Shown here: positions 31,136 to 40,333 of the stretch, piece after piece | How positions within the stretch are numbered: position 1 is the stretch's first letter | Layout of the letters: the number at the start of each line of letters is the position of its first letter | Assembly (NCBI GenBank): GCA_020848155.1 | Contig: JADLAR010000007.1 | Location: forward strand, 32,826 to 96,825 | DNA: 64,000 nucleotides | Direction: 5' to 3' | Origin: Candidatus Sumerlaeota bacterium | Lineage (GTDB): Bacteria; Sumerlaeota; Sumerlaeia; SLMS01 | Made by a program: the position numbers and the translations under genes | Notes under the pieces: generated by a model | Databases searched by the model: none | What the model saw: the letters and a program-made list of their open reading frames with translations, nothing else | What the model was told of the DNA's origin: nothing

Positions 31136-31663
31136 TCATCCTCGGATTCCGCACGCAGATTTGAATGTGGTCGAGGGAACGAATGCCTGCATTTTCGTGG
31201 AGGGGCCTGCCTTCGATGAAAAAGGCGCGAATGGTGTCGAATGGCGACTGTCCTTCAGATTGCCGAAGGGTATGCATGTTTCAAAAACCGCACAATCCAG
31301 ATGACGAGCCTTAAAGTCCTTGCCGGAATTCTTCGCGACCGGCTGATGGAGCCTTTCGCAGGGTGTGATGTCTTTCCGAGAGTTCTCCTCCACGGGGGAC
31401 AAGGCGTTAGCTTCCATAAGATTCAGGCAGTTTCCCAGATCAATGACGGCTCCGATCACAGCAGGGTTTTGGGTTTGGGATCGGGTTTCGTATTTGGCGC
31501 AATGCGATGCGCGTTCGGCGCTGTGTTCCCAAAAATAAAGATCATGGCCCAGCCAGTCATATTCATTCTTGCTGGCTAGAAGCTTTTTTTTCCCGGTGAC
31601 GACTTGCTGCGCCAGGTGTTTACCGCAGCCGTGATACGCGACAACGTATCTGTTCCAAGGCAT
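31136..31663 (-). CDS. Hypothetical 175-aa protein; a candidate toxin partner of the upstream small ORF
   Basis: Its ATG overlaps the TAA of the preceding 69-aa ORF (TAATG). It has a conserved-looking N-terminus (MPWNRYVVAYHGCGKHLAQQVV...DWLGHDLYFWEHS). Its C-terminal third is S/P/T-rich and may be partly non-coding. It is locally lower in GC. Confidence 0.4.
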   Translation of the reverse strand: MPWNRYVVAYHGCGKHLAQQVVTGKKKLLASKNEYDWLGHDLYFWEHSAERASHCAKYETRSQTQNPAVIGAVIDLGNCLNLMEANALSPVEENSRKDITPCERLHQPVAKNSGKDFKARHLDCAVFETCIPFGNLKDSRHSTPFAPFSSKAGPSTKMQAFVPSTTFKSACGIRG

Positions 31664-31872
31664 TAGTTGGAGTCGCGATAAGACTTCGCGAGTTCTCCCT
31701 TTTCATTGAGAACTCCAGCCTTCTGTAAAAACGCCCGGGCGCTTTTGGGGGACTTCATGGCTTTTGCATAAGCGCGATTCAAAGTGGCCAATTCATCCTT
31801 CAGCCATTCTTGCTGCGAAGCCGGAAGCGTTGCCTTCGATGTTGTCTTTCTTGCCCTTGCACGCGCGGCCAT
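31663..31872 (-). CDS. Small basic/helical protein (69 aa); a candidate antitoxin-like partner
   Basis: Its sequence is MAARARARKTTSKATLPASQQEWLKDELATLNRAYAKAMKSPKSARAFLQKAGVLNEKGELAKSYRDSN. It is Lys/Ala-rich and its stop overlaps the start of the downstream gene. The long upstream extension in the ORF track (to 32304) is rejected. Confidence 0.4.
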   Translation of the reverse strand: MAARARARKTTSKATLPASQQEWLKDELATLNRAYAKAMKSPKSARAFLQKAGVLNEKGELAKSYRDSN

Positions 31873-32037
31873 TGAGCGTTCTCCACTTACGATTTGGGCA
31901 TTCTCCACGATGGTCGGGGCACTGGCAAGGGCAATGGTCCCGGCGGCCCTACTTGGCCTTGCTTGTTGAGGGGGTCTGGTGCAGCGATTGTTGCATACAA
32001 GGGACGCTGACAAGACCGCCAAGGATTTATACTGCCA

Positions 32038-33048
32038 TTGCCGCAAACAACCGCTGAAAAAATCATCACGTTGGAACAGAGTGAGGTGGCTGACTTTTCG
32101 AGCCGCAGTGAGGCCAAGCTGAACGAAGTCGAGAAGCAGTTCAATGCGCGGATCGTGCTGCGCGGCAACGTGCTGAAGATCATCGGGAGCAGCGAGGATG
32201 TGGATCGCGCGGCCGCGATGATCAATGAGATACGCGATGTGCAGCGCAAGGGGGGGGAACTGTCCCAGCAGGAGTTCAAACAGGCGGTTCGCCACGCATC
32301 GCACCGCGCGAAGCCCGGTGAGGGAACGCAGGGCGGTGGGTATGATCGTCCGCTGTCGGAGTTGTTCCTCGATGGGATAGCGGTTCCGCTGAAGCGGCGG
32401 CGCCTGTCACCGATCACGGCGGGGCAGAAGCGCTACATCGAGGAGATTCGCAACAAGGACATCGTGTTTGGCATCGGCCCGGCGGGCACGGGGAAGACGT
32501 ACCTTGCGGTGGCGATGGCGGTGAGCGCGCTGATGGCGGGAAAGGTGAGCCGCATCATCCTGTGCCGCCCCGCGGTGGAGGCGGGGGAGAAGCTTGGCTT
32601 CCTTCCCGGTGACTTGAAGGAGAAGCTCGATCCCTATGTGCGTCCGTTGTACGACGCGCTGTATGAAATGATGGACGCGGAGAAGATCCGGCAGGCGCTG
32701 GACACGGGCGTGATCGAGATTGCGCCGTTGGCGTTCATGCGCGGGCGGACACTGAACAATTCCTTCGTGATCCTGGATGAAGGGCAGAACACGTCGCCTG
32801 AGCAGATGAAGATGTTCCTGACGCGCCTGGGTTTTGAGTCGAAGGCGGTGGTGACGGGCGACGTGACGCAGATTGACCTTCCGCGCGGGACGGTGTCGGG
32901 CCTGGTGCACGTGCAGAAGGTGTTGAGCAGCATCGATGGAATCGGATTCACATTCTTCGATGAGCAGGACGTGGTGCGGCACGACCTGGTGATGAAGATC
33001 GTGCGCGCCTACGAGCAGCACGACAATTCGGGGGAGAAGGCGAGATAA
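32038..33048 (+). CDS. phoH: PhoH-like ATPase with an N-terminal KH domain
   Basis: A P-loop (GIGPAGTGKTYLAVAMAV) and a Walker B/DEGQN motif (FVILDEGQNTSPEQMKMFLTRLG) are present, together with the conserved GDVTQIDLP. Confidence 0.85.
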   Translation: MPQTTAEKIITLEQSEVADFSSRSEAKLNEVEKQFNARIVLRGNVLKIIGSSEDVDRAAAMINEIRDVQRKGGELSQQEFKQAVRHASHRAKPGEGTQGGGYDRPLSELFLDGIAVPLKRRRLSPITAGQKRYIEEIRNKDIVFGIGPAGTGKTYLAVAMAVSALMAGKVSRIILCRPAVEAGEKLGFLPGDLKEKLDPYVRPLYDALYEMMDAEKIRQALDTGVIEIAPLAFMRGRTLNNSFVILDEGQNTSPEQMKMFLTRLGFESKAVVTGDVTQIDLPRGTVSGLVHVQKVLSSIDGIGFTFFDEQDVVRHDLVMKIVRAYEQHDNSGEKAR

Positions 33049-33050
33049 CC

Positions 33051-33338
33051 ATGGCGGCGTTTCGCCCACCGAGGGAGCGGATCGACAGGTTGGCGGTGAT
33101 GGTCGAGGCGGCACTGAAGCAGAGTGCGGCGGTGACACTGAAGAAGCCGGCGGAGGGGCGGGCGATCTTCTCCAACGCGCTGGCGGAGAACCTGCGCATT
33201 GAGCACGACATCGAGCAGGAGACGCTGGCAACGCTGCAGAAGCATGGCCAGGCGATCTACCAGCAGAACGCGGACTTCCAGGCGCTCCTGAACCAGGGCA
33301 AGAAGGTCATCGCGAAGAAGCGCGGGTTCGTTTTGTAG
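33051..33338 (+). CDS. Hypothetical 95-aa protein translationally coupled to phoH
   Basis: Its start is 3 nt after the phoH stop. No family was recognised. Confidence 0.4.
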   Translation: MAAFRPPRERIDRLAVMVEAALKQSAAVTLKKPAEGRAIFSNALAENLRIEHDIEQETLATLQKHGQAIYQQNADFQALLNQGKKVIAKKRGFVL

Positions 33339-33401
33339 GGCGCGTTCAGCTTCTGATTGCGCGAACCGTGATGGCTGGCAAGATTCCCGCAGGATGACCT
33401 T

Positions 33402-35486
33402 ATGATTGGCAGATTTCTTCCCCTGTTTGTGTCACTCGCGCCGGTGGCGGTCCTTGCCGGTGGCGTGGCGATTGACCTCAAGAATCCCCCTGCGGGAACG
33501 ACGGGGATGTATTTCACGGATGCAAATGGCGGCCAGCGGGGCGTGCCGATTCACCCCGGTGATTTTGATGGCGATGGAGACTTGGACACAGCAGTCTCGC
33601 CGTTTTCCGCGAGCACGCTTTCGCGGGATTCAAACGGCGTCGTGCACATCATTTTTGGCGATGGCACGCTTGGGGAAACGATCAACCTGGCGACATACAC
33701 GGGCCGCGTTCTGACGATCCACGGCGCGGAAGATTCCTCGCTGCTGGGCTTGGAGATGGGTGTTGGGGATTTTGACAAGGATGGCTACGATGATCTGGTC
33801 ATGGGGTCATCGCACGGGAAATTCCGCTCTGTCGCGGAGCAGGCGGGCGAGGTGGTGGTCCTTTACGGCCGTGCGGAGTGGGGGACCAGTGCCACAACGC
33901 TGGACATCAAGAATCTTCCGGTGGACCAGCGCGCGAAGTTCATCCTGGGCGAACGCGGCGGGGCCGGTGCGGGCGATCGCCTTGGCAGTTGGATCACGGT
34001 GGATGATTTTGACGGGAACAATGAGCTGGATTTGATGATGGGGATGGATTTGTCGAATGGTCCCGCGAACAACCGTGCGAATTGCGGGGCGGCGGCGATC
34101 CTGTGGGATATTCAGACAAGTTTTCCCGCGGCGCCGTACCTGCGGGTTGGCGATCCCGCCACTGCGAGTGTCTTTACCGTGATTTATGGCCGGGATGCCT
34201 TCGATCAGTTCGGTGCAACGCATGGATCGGGTGACCTGGATGGCGATGGCAGCCGCGATCTGGTGATCTCTGCGGGTGTCACGCGATCGGGGTTGTCGTA
34301 TTCACCGAACAACTACAGTGGAAGCGGGGGGGGCGATGGCCCCGCCAACGATCGGCCCAATGCGGGCGAATCGACGATCTTCTGGAATGCAGGGACTCTT
34401 CGATCCCATGCCACGGTGGATACGAGCGGAACATTGCCGGGTGGCGTGGCGACGACAATCCTCTACGGTGAAACCTCCAGTGATTATTTTGGCGAGGAGG
34501 TCGTCATCGAAAATTTCGTTGGTGATGCAACGCCTGACCTCGCGATTGGCGGGCTGACGGCGAACGGTGTCGGCAGTGCGTACATCTTCCCCGGCGGTGC
34601 GTGGCTGCGCTCGCAGACCTCAATTGATACTGCGACGCCGCCGGCAAACCAGATTCATGTGATAGATGGGTTGCAGTCCGGCGGGATTGCCGCCGACACG
34701 CTTGAGATTTTCGACGTGAACAACGACGGGTATTCGGATTTCTTCAATGCGGCGCCATATGGGAACGTTGGTTCGAGGTCGCGGGCGGGCTACACGATGG
34801 TGATTTTCGGCGGCCAGACCCTGCCGCTGATGCCGGCGAGATTGAAGATGAATGGCCTCTACACGATTCCATCGCTGTATTGCGTGCCGATCAACGGAGC
34901 TGATGCGAACGACTTCTTCGCCTACTCGACCAACAAGGGTGACTATGACGGGGACGGCTACATGGATTACGTCCCGAATGCGATGCAGGGTGACGGGTTT
35001 GCGGAGGGGTATCCGGGAGCGGGGGAGAACTACATCCTCAGCGGGCTGACGATTTCACAGTACGCCTCCGCGCCGACAAACCTGGCGGGGACGAACAACG
35101 TGCCCACGGGTGGCATTGTGGCCTCGTGGACGGCATCGCAGCCGATCCTTGGCACCGTTGTTGGCTACGAACTGACGTACCTGCCCACGGGTTCGGCGAT
35201 TCCCATGGTGCTCACTGTTGCGGGCACTTCCGCCGTGACGGGTGACTTTCCAACCGATGGCACGCTGCTGACGATCCGTGCGAAGATGGAGCGCGGGGCG
35301 GAAACAAACTTTTCACTCGTGGTGCCGTTCACTCCGCCGGTGATCATCCGGCCGGTTGCGTCTCCAACGCCTTCGCCGAGTCCGTCGCCATCGCCAACGC
35401 CGTCACCTTCCGTTTCTCCGACAGCCTCGTTGACGCCGAGTCCGGTGCCGACGGCGGCGCAGCAGGACGGCTGGCTGACCAACTAA
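33402..35486 (+). CDS. Secreted FG-GAP/VCBS repeat protein with a C-terminal fibronectin-III-like region and a Pro/Ser/Thr linker
   Basis: It has a signal peptide. Repeated ...GDFDGDGDLD..., ...GDFDKDGYDD... and ...DVNNDGYSDF... motifs (integrin-alpha FG-GAP calcium loops) are present. The C-terminal segment reads ...SPTPSPSPSPSPTPSPSVSPTASLTPSPVPT. Confidence 0.7.
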   Translation: MIGRFLPLFVSLAPVAVLAGGVAIDLKNPPAGTTGMYFTDANGGQRGVPIHPGDFDGDGDLDTAVSPFSASTLSRDSNGVVHIIFGDGTLGETINLATYTGRVLTIHGAEDSSLLGLEMGVGDFDKDGYDDLVMGSSHGKFRSVAEQAGEVVVLYGRAEWGTSATTLDIKNLPVDQRAKFILGERGGAGAGDRLGSWITVDDFDGNNELDLMMGMDLSNGPANNRANCGAAAILWDIQTSFPAAPYLRVGDPATASVFTVIYGRDAFDQFGATHGSGDLDGDGSRDLVISAGVTRSGLSYSPNNYSGSGGGDGPANDRPNAGESTIFWNAGTLRSHATVDTSGTLPGGVATTILYGETSSDYFGEEVVIENFVGDATPDLAIGGLTANGVGSAYIFPGGAWLRSQTSIDTATPPANQIHVIDGLQSGGIAADTLEIFDVNNDGYSDFFNAAPYGNVGSRSRAGYTMVIFGGQTLPLMPARLKMNGLYTIPSLYCVPINGADANDFFAYSTNKGDYDGDGYMDYVPNAMQGDGFAEGYPGAGENYILSGLTISQYASAPTNLAGTNNVPTGGIVASWTASQPILGTVVGYELTYLPTGSAIPMVLTVAGTSAVTGDFPTDGTLLTIRAKMERGAETNFSLVVPFTPPVIIRPVASPTPSPSPSPSPTPSPSVSPTASLTPSPVPTAAQQDGWLTN

Positions 35487-38400
35487 TGAGCGAGACAAGG
35501 CGCCGGGTGATCATCCTCCCGATGGAGGGTGAAGGGTTTTCGGCATTCCTGTCGCGTGCCGCGGGGAAGGCGAACTGGCCGTCGGGCTCGCTGGTGGAGG
35601 ACATGACGCTGTTGCAGCGCCTGATGGAAGACATCGCGGCGCCCGATGCCGCCATGCAGGGCGCTGCGCTGATGCTGCACGCGATCCGCTTCACTGCGGA
35701 TCCATCGATGGCGCTGCGGAACCTGGATCGGTACCTGCGCAGTTGCGATCCGGGTGCGCGCAAGGAACTGCAACGCTTGCAGGACAACGCGGAGCACCGA
35801 CACTTCCTCTGTTCGCTTTTTGCCTTCAGTGACTACCTGAGCGAGATCGTGATCAGCCATCGCGAGTTCCTCCCCTGGGCCATGACGAAGGGGAAGTTGA
35901 ACCGGGAGAAGAAGCTGGAGCAGTATCGCAGTGATGCGAGGCAGTGGGTCGCGAATGTGGAGGGGCGCGCGCGGCGTCGCGCGGCACTGACGCGGTTCAA
36001 GAAGCGTGAGTTGCTGCGGATCGGCATTCGCGATTTGCTGGAACTTGGTGCCACGGAGCCGCTTTGTCGCGAGTTGTCCAACCTGGCGCAGGCGATCCTT
36101 GAGGTGAGTTACAACGACGTGCGCGGGGACCTGGTGGCGCGCTTCGGGGAGCCGGTGAGCGAGATTGATGGCGCGCCGAGTGAGTATTGCATCTACGCGA
36201 TGGGCAAGTTCGGCGCGGGGGAGTTGAACTTCAGTTCCGACGTGGACCTGATTTTCCTGTATGATGACGAGGGGCTGACGTCCGGGTCGCCGGAGGGGGT
36301 CGCGACGAGCGCTGGCCGCCAGATCACGAACCACGAATTTTTCAATCGCCTGTCGCGCGAGATCATCCAGTACCAGAGCGATCACAATGAGGAGGGGTTC
36401 CTGTTCCGCGTGGATGCGCGGCTGCGCCCGGAGGGGGCAGACGGGCCGCTGGCGCGCGGGAAGTCCGCCTTCGCGGCGTACCTGGGGAGCGGGGCGGCGC
36501 TGTGGGAGAAGATCGCGTACCTGAAGGCGCGCTTCGTCGTCGGCGACGTGAAGCTGGGCGAGTCACTGGATGTGTATATACAGCAGTTCGTGTTCATGGA
36601 CAATGAGCCGTCGGAGCTTTTTCCGGAGGTTGCGCGGCTGAAGAGGCGCATCGATCATGATGCACTGACGCATGAGACGCGTGCGTTGGACATCAAGCGG
36701 GGGACGGGTGGCATCCGCGAGATCGAGTTCATCGTGGCGGGGCTGCAACTCCTTCACGGGCAGACCATGCCGGAGTTTCGCATCCGGCAGACGCTGGACG
36801 CGATGGACCTCCTGGCGCAGAAGGGCCTGATGGAGCGCGCAGTGGCGGTCCGGCTGGAGGAGGCGTATCACCTGTTCCGCCGCATCGAGCACACATTGCA
36901 GATGATGCACGAAAGCCAGACGCATCGCATGCCGGATGATGAGGTGGGGCGGCGGGCCATGGCGCTGCGGTGCGGATTTGCGGATGAGGACCTGTTCGAG
37001 CGGATCCTGGGCGATCACCGGCAGTTTGTGCGTGCGGAATTCGAGAAGCTCTTCCACGAGGGGGTCGGTGCGGAGGAGATGCTGCTCGTTGACTACCTGC
37101 TGACGGACCAGAATCCGCCGGAGGACATCCTGGACCAGCTTTCCTCGGTGGGGCTGGATGGCATGGAGGGAATGAACGCGCTGCGGGAACTGGCGGTGGG
37201 CACGCGCGAATTTGCTCCGAGTGCGCGTGGGCGGCTGGAGTTCATGAAGCTGCTGCCGCTCCTGTTGTTGGAGCTTCCCTATGTGGCCTTCCCGCGGCAG
37301 GCGATCCGCAATTTTGACCTGTTGCTGCGTGCGGCGAAGGGCTTCACATGGGTGTACCAGCTTTGCCTGAGTCATCCACCGATCCTGAAGATGCTGATGC
37401 GGACGTTGGGTTTCGGGTCACTGCTGGCGCGGCAATTGGTGGCGCATCCGGAATGGCTGGATGAGATTTTCGAGAGCGATGGATTGAAGGAGTCTCGCAC
37501 GGAGCGGGTGCTGGCGGGGCTTCGCAATCGCATTGAAGCCAGCGCGCCTGCGGCGGCGCTGGCGGGGTTGCGGTCGGTGAAATCGCTGGAGGGTTTCCTG
37601 ATCGCAACGCAGGAGGCGCTGGCGATTTCGTCGCAGCAGAGCGCGGCCTGGCGCATGACGCTGCTGGCGGAGCGGGTGATCGAGTTGGTGGCGCGCATGG
37701 GGGTGCAGGAGGTTGTCACGAGGAACCAGTTGGAGTCATTCCCGAGGCGCTGGGTGATCCTTGGCCTTGGCGGCCTGGGCGATGGGCAGGTGCATTTCGG
37801 GGGCGACCTGGATGTGGCCTTCGTGGTGGAGTGCGGCGATGATGACAAGGCGTTGAACCTGATGGACAATGCGGCGCAGTTCTTCGTTTCCAGCATGTGC
37901 GCCGTCGCGCCGGAAGGGCAGCTTTGGAAGATTGATGCGCGGCTGCGCCCCGATGGCGCGAGCAGTCCGCTGGCCGCGGCGGAATCGCGGTTCCTGTCGT
38001 ACTACCGCAATGAGGCGGGGCTGTGGGAGTGGCAGGCGCTGACGAAGGCGCGTCCCGTGGCGGGGGACATTGCCTTTGGAGAGGAGTTGCTGGGCGACCT
38101 GTACAAGCTGCGGGCGGAGTTGGGCGAAGTTCCCAACCTTGCCTCCGAGATTCGTTCGATGCGTTCGCGCATGGAGGCGGGGGTGAAACTTCCGCGCTCC
38201 GCGCGTCATGACTTAAAGACGGGTCCGGGTGGAATCGTGGATGCGGAATTTCTGGTGCAGTACCTGACGCTGCGGCGCCCCTCGGAGGCGGCGCGCCTGT
38301 TTCCGCTGACGACATTGGATGCAATCGAGGCGTTCCGGGGGCTTGGTGACCTGAGCGGGGAGGATGCGAATTTCCTGCGCGACCACCTGCTCTTCCTGCG

Positions 38401-38596
38401 CACGGTGCAGCGCCTGGCGCGACTGTTGTTTGAAACGAGCAAGGATCATTTTCCCGCCGACGGGGAGCGGCTTCAGGCGTTGCGGCGGGGGTTGCGCGAC
38501 CAGCTTGGCCATGATGGGATGGCGGGGTTCGACGCGATCGACGATGGATTGCAACGCATGCGCGAATTGTTTATCAGGATTGTGAACAACGAGTAG
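35486..38596 (+). CDS. glnE: Bifunctional glutamine synthetase adenylyltransferase/adenylyl-removing enzyme
   Basis: It is 1036 aa with two nucleotidyltransferase domains (GKFGAGELNFSSDVDLIFLYD and LGGLGDGQVHFGGDLDVAFVVE) plus GlnE-type helical linkers. Confidence 0.85.
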   Translation: MSETRRRVIILPMEGEGFSAFLSRAAGKANWPSGSLVEDMTLLQRLMEDIAAPDAAMQGAALMLHAIRFTADPSMALRNLDRYLRSCDPGARKELQRLQDNAEHRHFLCSLFAFSDYLSEIVISHREFLPWAMTKGKLNREKKLEQYRSDARQWVANVEGRARRRAALTRFKKRELLRIGIRDLLELGATEPLCRELSNLAQAILEVSYNDVRGDLVARFGEPVSEIDGAPSEYCIYAMGKFGAGELNFSSDVDLIFLYDDEGLTSGSPEGVATSAGRQITNHEFFNRLSREIIQYQSDHNEEGFLFRVDARLRPEGADGPLARGKSAFAAYLGSGAALWEKIAYLKARFVVGDVKLGESLDVYIQQFVFMDNEPSELFPEVARLKRRIDHDALTHETRALDIKRGTGGIREIEFIVAGLQLLHGQTMPEFRIRQTLDAMDLLAQKGLMERAVAVRLEEAYHLFRRIEHTLQMMHESQTHRMPDDEVGRRAMALRCGFADEDLFERILGDHRQFVRAEFEKLFHEGVGAEEMLLVDYLLTDQNPPEDILDQLSSVGLDGMEGMNALRELAVGTREFAPSARGRLEFMKLLPLLLLELPYVAFPRQAIRNFDLLLRAAKGFTWVYQLCLSHPPILKMLMRTLGFGSLLARQLVAHPEWLDEIFESDGLKESRTERVLAGLRNRIEASAPAAALAGLRSVKSLEGFLIATQEALAISSQQSAAWRMTLLAERVIELVARMGVQEVVTRNQLESFPRRWVILGLGGLGDGQVHFGGDLDVAFVVECGDDDKALNLMDNAAQFFVSSMCAVAPEGQLWKIDARLRPDGASSPLAAAESRFLSYYRNEAGLWEWQALTKARPVAGDIAFGEELLGDLYKLRAELGEVPNLASEIRSMRSRMEAGVKLPRSARHDLKTGPGGIVDAEFLVQYLTLRRPSEAARLFPLTTLDAIEAFRGLGDLSGEDANFLRDHLLFLRTVQRLARLLFETSKDHFPADGERLQALRRGLRDQLGHDGMAGFDAIDDGLQRMRELFIRIVNNE

Positions 38597-38617
38597 TCAC
38601 GTGGAGGATTAAGGCAT

Positions 38618-40333
38618 TTGGGCCGATTGATCTCTTTCGCGACGCGCCTGCGGGATAATCCCATTGTGAGGTATTACCATCCCTTTTCGCTGCGACGAAG
38701 ACGATGGGTGGGCACGGCCATCTTCCTCCTTGTTCCTGTGTCGGCCCTCCTCTTTGGGATGAACCTACTTCTGAAGGCGTCGCGTTTTGGCTATGGGCCA
38801 GGGTTTCTGGCAGGATTGATACTGATCCCGCCGATCTGCTTTTCCGTGTACGCACCAAGGCACCGCGACACGGAACAATTGGAGGAGCTGTCGCTGACGC
38901 GCATGAGCAGGCGTGAAATCACGGTGGGATTTCTTGTTCCGCCGATGCTCATGGTGGTGCTCCTGGAGGTGCTCATCATTGTGCCCGTGTATCTGGCGCT
39001 CGGTCCATTAATTGGCAATTCAGCCGCCTTTTTTGGTGGCTTTGACCCACGGTTCCTCGTGATCGCCGCGCTTGTTTGTGCGGCTGTTGTTGGCCTGACG
39101 ACGACGATTCAGGTTTGGACGGCGCATCCAACCTCCCCGGCGCGGATGTGGATCGAGGTTCTGCTGATTGGCTTCGCGCGGGCCTTCTGCATCGTGTCGG
39201 TTGCCATGTTGGTGGAGAAAGGCAGTTCGTATCTTGTGGCTCCCATCAGCCTCCCGCTGGGACTTGGGGCCGCGTTGTTGATGTTGTATTTTCCCGTGCG
39301 GGCGGCGGCGCAGTTTTGCGTGCTGCGATTCTTCAGGAGCGTGGATCCACATGCCTACAGGGAGGTAAGCTGGCTTGCAAATGAACTGAAGCCGGCGCGG
39401 AAGAACCGGGATTTCCGCGAATTCTTCCGCAAGACGGTCCGCTTGATCCTGCATGACTATCGTTACGTCGTGCGCGCGTTGGTGCCGACGATGGGCCTCA
39501 TCCTGCTTGCAACCGTGGTGGCATATTTCGACCCGGAGGGGGTCTTGTTGAACCGACGGGCCTTGTCGTTCTATGGGCAACCAAGGGATTTGGTGCGGCG
39601 CGATGCGGCAATGATGGCGTGTGTTTCGCCGCCGGTTGTTTTCGCGGCTCCCATGATCTTCACATTATTTTACCTCTATTTCGGGGCGCGCAAGAACGCC
39701 GACAGGGCGCTGACGATCATGGCGGGGGGAATCGTTCCCACGGTGGTCGTGACGATGATCCCCACGACAATCTTCCACGCCTTGTTGCTGGCATTGATGA
39801 CAGGCGCCATCGTCGCTTTTGATGGAGTGTGGCCCCCGGGGGAAACGGTCTCTCTCATTTCACTCTCGTACCTGTTTTCGATCATCATGGTGATGATGTT
39901 GCTGCCGCGCCCGCGGAGGTGGTTCCCAATGGTTGTGATGGGATGCATCGCACTGCTCGCCGCCGTGGTTTCTTTGCAGGAGTGGTCAGGGGCCCGCCTC
40001 CTGGCACCAGACTCCTCATTCTGGAGTGGGCTTGGAACGGACGTTTTTCTCCCACTGCTTTGCTGCGCGATCCTGGGCGACGTGATCCTGCGCAGGAAGT
40101 TTCTCCTCGTGAGGCTCCTTGCGCTGGCGTGGGTGTCGATGGTCCTGACAGCCATGCCGCTAAAACACGCGCGTGTTCTCCACGCCAACACCATCCTCTT
40201 TGCGTTGGGATGTTGGTCATGGTTTGTGCTGTTCGGCTTCAGTCTGTTTGCGCAGCGCGTTCATCGCCTGGAACTGGCGCATCTTGAGCCCATGACGACG
40301 AACCTTGAGCAGATTCGGCGGGCCGAACGATGA
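38618..40333 (+). CDS. Large polytopic membrane protein (about 12 TM) with an ABC-2/NosY-like permease signature, paralog 1
   Basis: The motif EELSLTRMSRREITVGFLVPP resembles the ABC-2 permease motif E-L-L-L-T-P-[LV]-S-R-x-E-[IVL]-x-x-G. Its N-terminus (RLRDNPIVRYYHPFSLRRRRW) and C-terminus (AQRVHRLELAHLEPMT) are shared with the downstream paralog. Confidence 0.5.
   Translation: MGRLISFATRLRDNPIVRYYHPFSLRRRRWVGTAIFLLVPVSALLFGMNLLLKASRFGYGPGFLAGLILIPPICFSVYAPRHRDTEQLEELSLTRMSRREITVGFLVPPMLMVVLLEVLIIVPVYLALGPLIGNSAAFFGGFDPRFLVIAALVCAAVVGLTTTIQVWTAHPTSPARMWIEVLLIGFARAFCIVSVAMLVEKGSSYLVAPISLPLGLGAALLMLYFPVRAAAQFCVLRFFRSVDPHAYREVSWLANELKPARKNRDFREFFRKTVRLILHDYRYVVRALVPTMGLILLATVVAYFDPEGVLLNRRALSFYGQPRDLVRRDAAMMACVSPPVVFAAPMIFTLFYLYFGARKNADRALTIMAGGIVPTVVVTMIPTTIFHALLLALMTGAIVAFDGVWPPGETVSLISLSYLFSIIMVMMLLPRPRRWFPMVVMGCIALLAAVVSLQEWSGARLLAPDSSFWSGLGTDVFLPLLCCAILGDVILRRKFLLVRLLALAWVSMVLTAMPLKHARVLHANTILFALGCWSWFVLFGFSLFAQRVHRLELAHLEPMTTNLEQIRRAER

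Noticed and set aside
31873-32304. An upstream extension of the small antitoxin-like ORF to 213 aa.
   Set aside because: The extension has no motif, and it overlaps the phoH promoter region and the phoH start on the other strand. The compact 69-aa version starts at a Met with sensible spacing.
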